Origin: Dicyema japonicum
Taxonomy: Eukaryota > Animalia > Dicyemida
DNA length: 64,000 nucleotides
NCBI GenBank assembly: GCA_011109175.1
Contig: RDEW01000104.1
Span: forward strand, 21,036-85,035
Direction of reading: 5' to 3'
The notes under the pieces were generated by a model. The model worked only from the letters and a program-made list of their open reading frames with translations. It was not told the origin of the DNA and did not search any database. The translations under genes and the position numbers were made by a program. The number at the start of each line of letters is the position of its first letter. The first letter of the stretch is position 1. Shown piece after piece: positions 61,776 through 64,000 of this stretch.

Positions 61776-62357
61776 ATGTCGGCGAAATCTATAAGTGAGG
61801 CTACAACTAAAAGTCTGCTTAACCAGCATTTGAATGACCCAAATTTTCAAAGAAGTTGTTTCTACTCATTTGTGTCGCAAGATAAGCTGCTTAATGACTG
61901 CAAAGAAAATCAATGGCTATTGAATTCGGTTAATTAAATTATGCAAATTTTAGAGTCTTGTTGTCAAAGTTGACCAAGGAATTAAAAGGCGTGGCAAGCT
62001 TGGCCTCATTGGCATAGATTTGAATTTTGATAAAGTTTTATCGTGGATAAGTGACCACGTGGTCAGTGATGTTAAGGTTCTTGTCTATTTTATTTTAGAT
62101 TGGCAATGCAACCGGGCGCCTAAGAAATTTCATAATTGAGCCATTTTTGCCCCACAAAAACGTTTTTCTTTAAATTTAATAAATTTAAAGGATGAGGAAC
62201 ATTACCTTTGTATTTATTCGTCGAGGGAGTGTGATACAATCCTGTTTTACCACGAGGGAGGGGTTGACGTGGGAGACGTCGATTCCAAGGTTTAAGCATA
62301 AATTATCCAAGGCTTTCAAACTCGACATTCCTGTCACCCAGAAGCTGTCCCAAGAAG
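61776..62357 (+). pseudogene. ACLY: Truncated duplicate of the ACLY 5' end (first four introns)
   Basis: [24 protein letters not shown], cut at 62357; 4 substitutions versus the full copy. Confidence 0.9.
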
Positions 62358-62898
62358 CTTGATCATACGTCACTCACAGGTACATGATCATTGTTGTAAA
62401 AATCTATACAAAAGCGATCAAAAGGTGATTAATTTAATATAATATAAATTTGTTTTTTTTTATCAAAATTAATTTATATTATATAATAAACATAACAAGT
62501 GACCTAATTATAAACGCAGTGAGTGTTCATTAACATTTCTATGTTGTTAATATTTTGTCATTGCTCATAAAAATCCAAGTTCACATCGAATATTATTTTA
62601 TGGAGATTGTTTTTTTGACAAAATATCCATGAGAATGTATTCTATAAAAAATCTCCATAAAATAATATTCGATGTTGAACTTGGATTTTTATGAGCAATG
62701 ACAAAAATAGTAACAACATAGAAATGTTAATGAACACGTCACTGGTTATAATAAGGTCACTTGTAATGTTTATTATATAATATAAATTAATTTTGATAAA
62801 AAAACAAATTTATATTTATATTAAATTAATCACCTTTGATCGCTTTTGTATAGATTTTTACACAACGATCGTGTGCCTTTGAGTGACGTATGATCAAG
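62358..62898. mobile_element. Foldback / MITE-like element: ~255-bp imperfect inverted arms around a ~30-bp loop
   Basis: Begins CTTGATCATACGTCACTCA and ends TGAGTGACGTATGATCAAG; arms pair throughout with scattered mismatches; no ORF. Confidence 0.8.
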
Positions 62899-64000
62899 GA
62901 TTTATATTCGCAAAACATGTTGAGAATCGGGCGACTGTCAAAAATTGGAGGAGCTTAGAAAAATCTTCTTTAAAGAAGACCACGCCTAGTTTGCCATGTG
63001 GTAAATTGTAAATATGTTAAAGTGGTGACAACTCCATTAAAGCGAATGTACACTTAGCTTCATGATTGATGAAAACCTTTATACAGGAAATTCTATAATA
63101 TGTTATTAACAAAAAAGAAAATTTTTATTGCTTTTTGATGCTACCCAGCCAGCAGGATGGTGCAGTGTCATAAGTGCCTGGCAAAAAGGCCTGATGAAAC
63201 TGCACGTGTAGTTTATTTGGTTCTATGTACGCTGCTAATAATAAGGAAATTTTTGACTTTCAGTTAATAAATTTGCCAAGCTGCTAAGTTTAGTAAAATG
63301 CAATTAACAAAAATATTGGATAATTTGTCTGATGAAGAGTACATTTCTGCTTCCAGCCGACTTGCGGAAGTGGCGTGTGGTTGATATAAGGACATCGGAG
63401 TAGGAGAGATTACTGAGTCCAATCTGAAGAGAACGATTTCTATCGATTCGAGAAAATGAAGTAAGACCATGTTGCCTTTTTTGTAGATAAAAACGCCAAG
63501 ATAATACATTTATTTATTCTCAGTGTAAATAATTATTACCTGAGTACATCGATTATTGAAGATTGTCATGCATTGAATTTTTAAAATTACTTACTTTATT
63601 GATTGGTCGATTCCTCCTTGGTAGTTTGAGTGGCTGAATGATTGTAATCTCTAGTAATTTTGATGGTTGAGTAGTTGACATTTTTCTACTAGTCTGAGTC
63701 GTTGAATTGCTCACATCTCTCTAGTAGTGCTGCCGCCTTATTGAGTAGTTGGTACGTTAATTAATGTCTTTATCATACCCTCAGTATGTTTATTCTACAT
63801 GGAGAAAACAAGTAGAAAAAAGTAGTAGGGAACACAACACAAGCAAAACCCTAAGTATTCATATGCTTATGAGAAATGCGTAGGCGCTTCCACCATAGCT
63901 AAGCTCTCAATTGATTAAATTGCGCATTTACCTGTTAAATAGAAATTTATCTCCTTATCTAGCCATAGTTAGTTAGTCGTGATTCGAAATGTTGATGTGC

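Larger units (their letters stand above)
58058..62357 (-). repeat. Right arm of ~4.3 kb inverted duplication
   Basis: Mirror of 52999-57300, including the CRE-B copy (58200-58455), hAT end, orphan gene, debris, TSD-flanked LINE (61044-61380) and ACLY promoter and 5' end. Confidence 0.95.

Noticed and set aside
1-64000. CRISPR arrays, rRNA, tRNA, spliceosomal snRNA or prokaryotic operon-like systems
   Set aside because: No regularly spaced repeat-spacer array and no U1, U2, U6 or rRNA signature found by eye; gene structure is spliceosomal eukaryotic throughout
62900-64000. Possible transposase or gene remnant right of the foldback element (CHKC, PTCGSG fragments)
   Set aside because: No continuous frame or splice model and no family motif I can support

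Overview
Eukaryotic nuclear DNA, AT-rich (about 35% GC by eye), from a compact, long-branch animal. Evidence for an animal: a true ERM protein with the conserved intron after residue 4, a GAK kinase with a PTEN/C2-like region and J domain, and a single-chain ATP-citrate lyase. The six-frame ORF track is fragmentary because genes are cut by many tiny GT-AG introns (mostly 20-31 nt). That pattern fits a dicyemid mesozoan, but this taxon is inference only. Eight conserved genes were parsed by hand: EIF3B, SECISBP2, GAK, AP3D1, PMS2, RPS3, an ERM/moesin and ACLY. There are also two paralogous LAMP-like type I membrane protein genes and one probable orphan membrane-protein gene. Intergenic DNA is mostly retroelement and DNA-transposon debris: I/Jockey-like LINEs, several CRE-like and R4/NeSL-like RLE elements, hAT Buster, Ginger-like integrase and Merlin-like fragments. 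The right end holds a ~4.3 kb inverted duplication (52999-57300 / 58058-62357) that folds back inside a hAT element and ends exactly at a 541-bp foldback element. Most interesting signals: (1) ~23-nt introns with no donor consensus beyond GT but an A fixed at -7/-8; (2) the transposon-bounded inverted duplication; (3) roughly five-fold enrichment of CACGTG, including inside exons and introns; (4) LAMP-like paralogs with dileucine rather than tyrosine tails; (5) CRE-like elements stacked in the tails of other retroelements. All counts are by hand and no searches were run.
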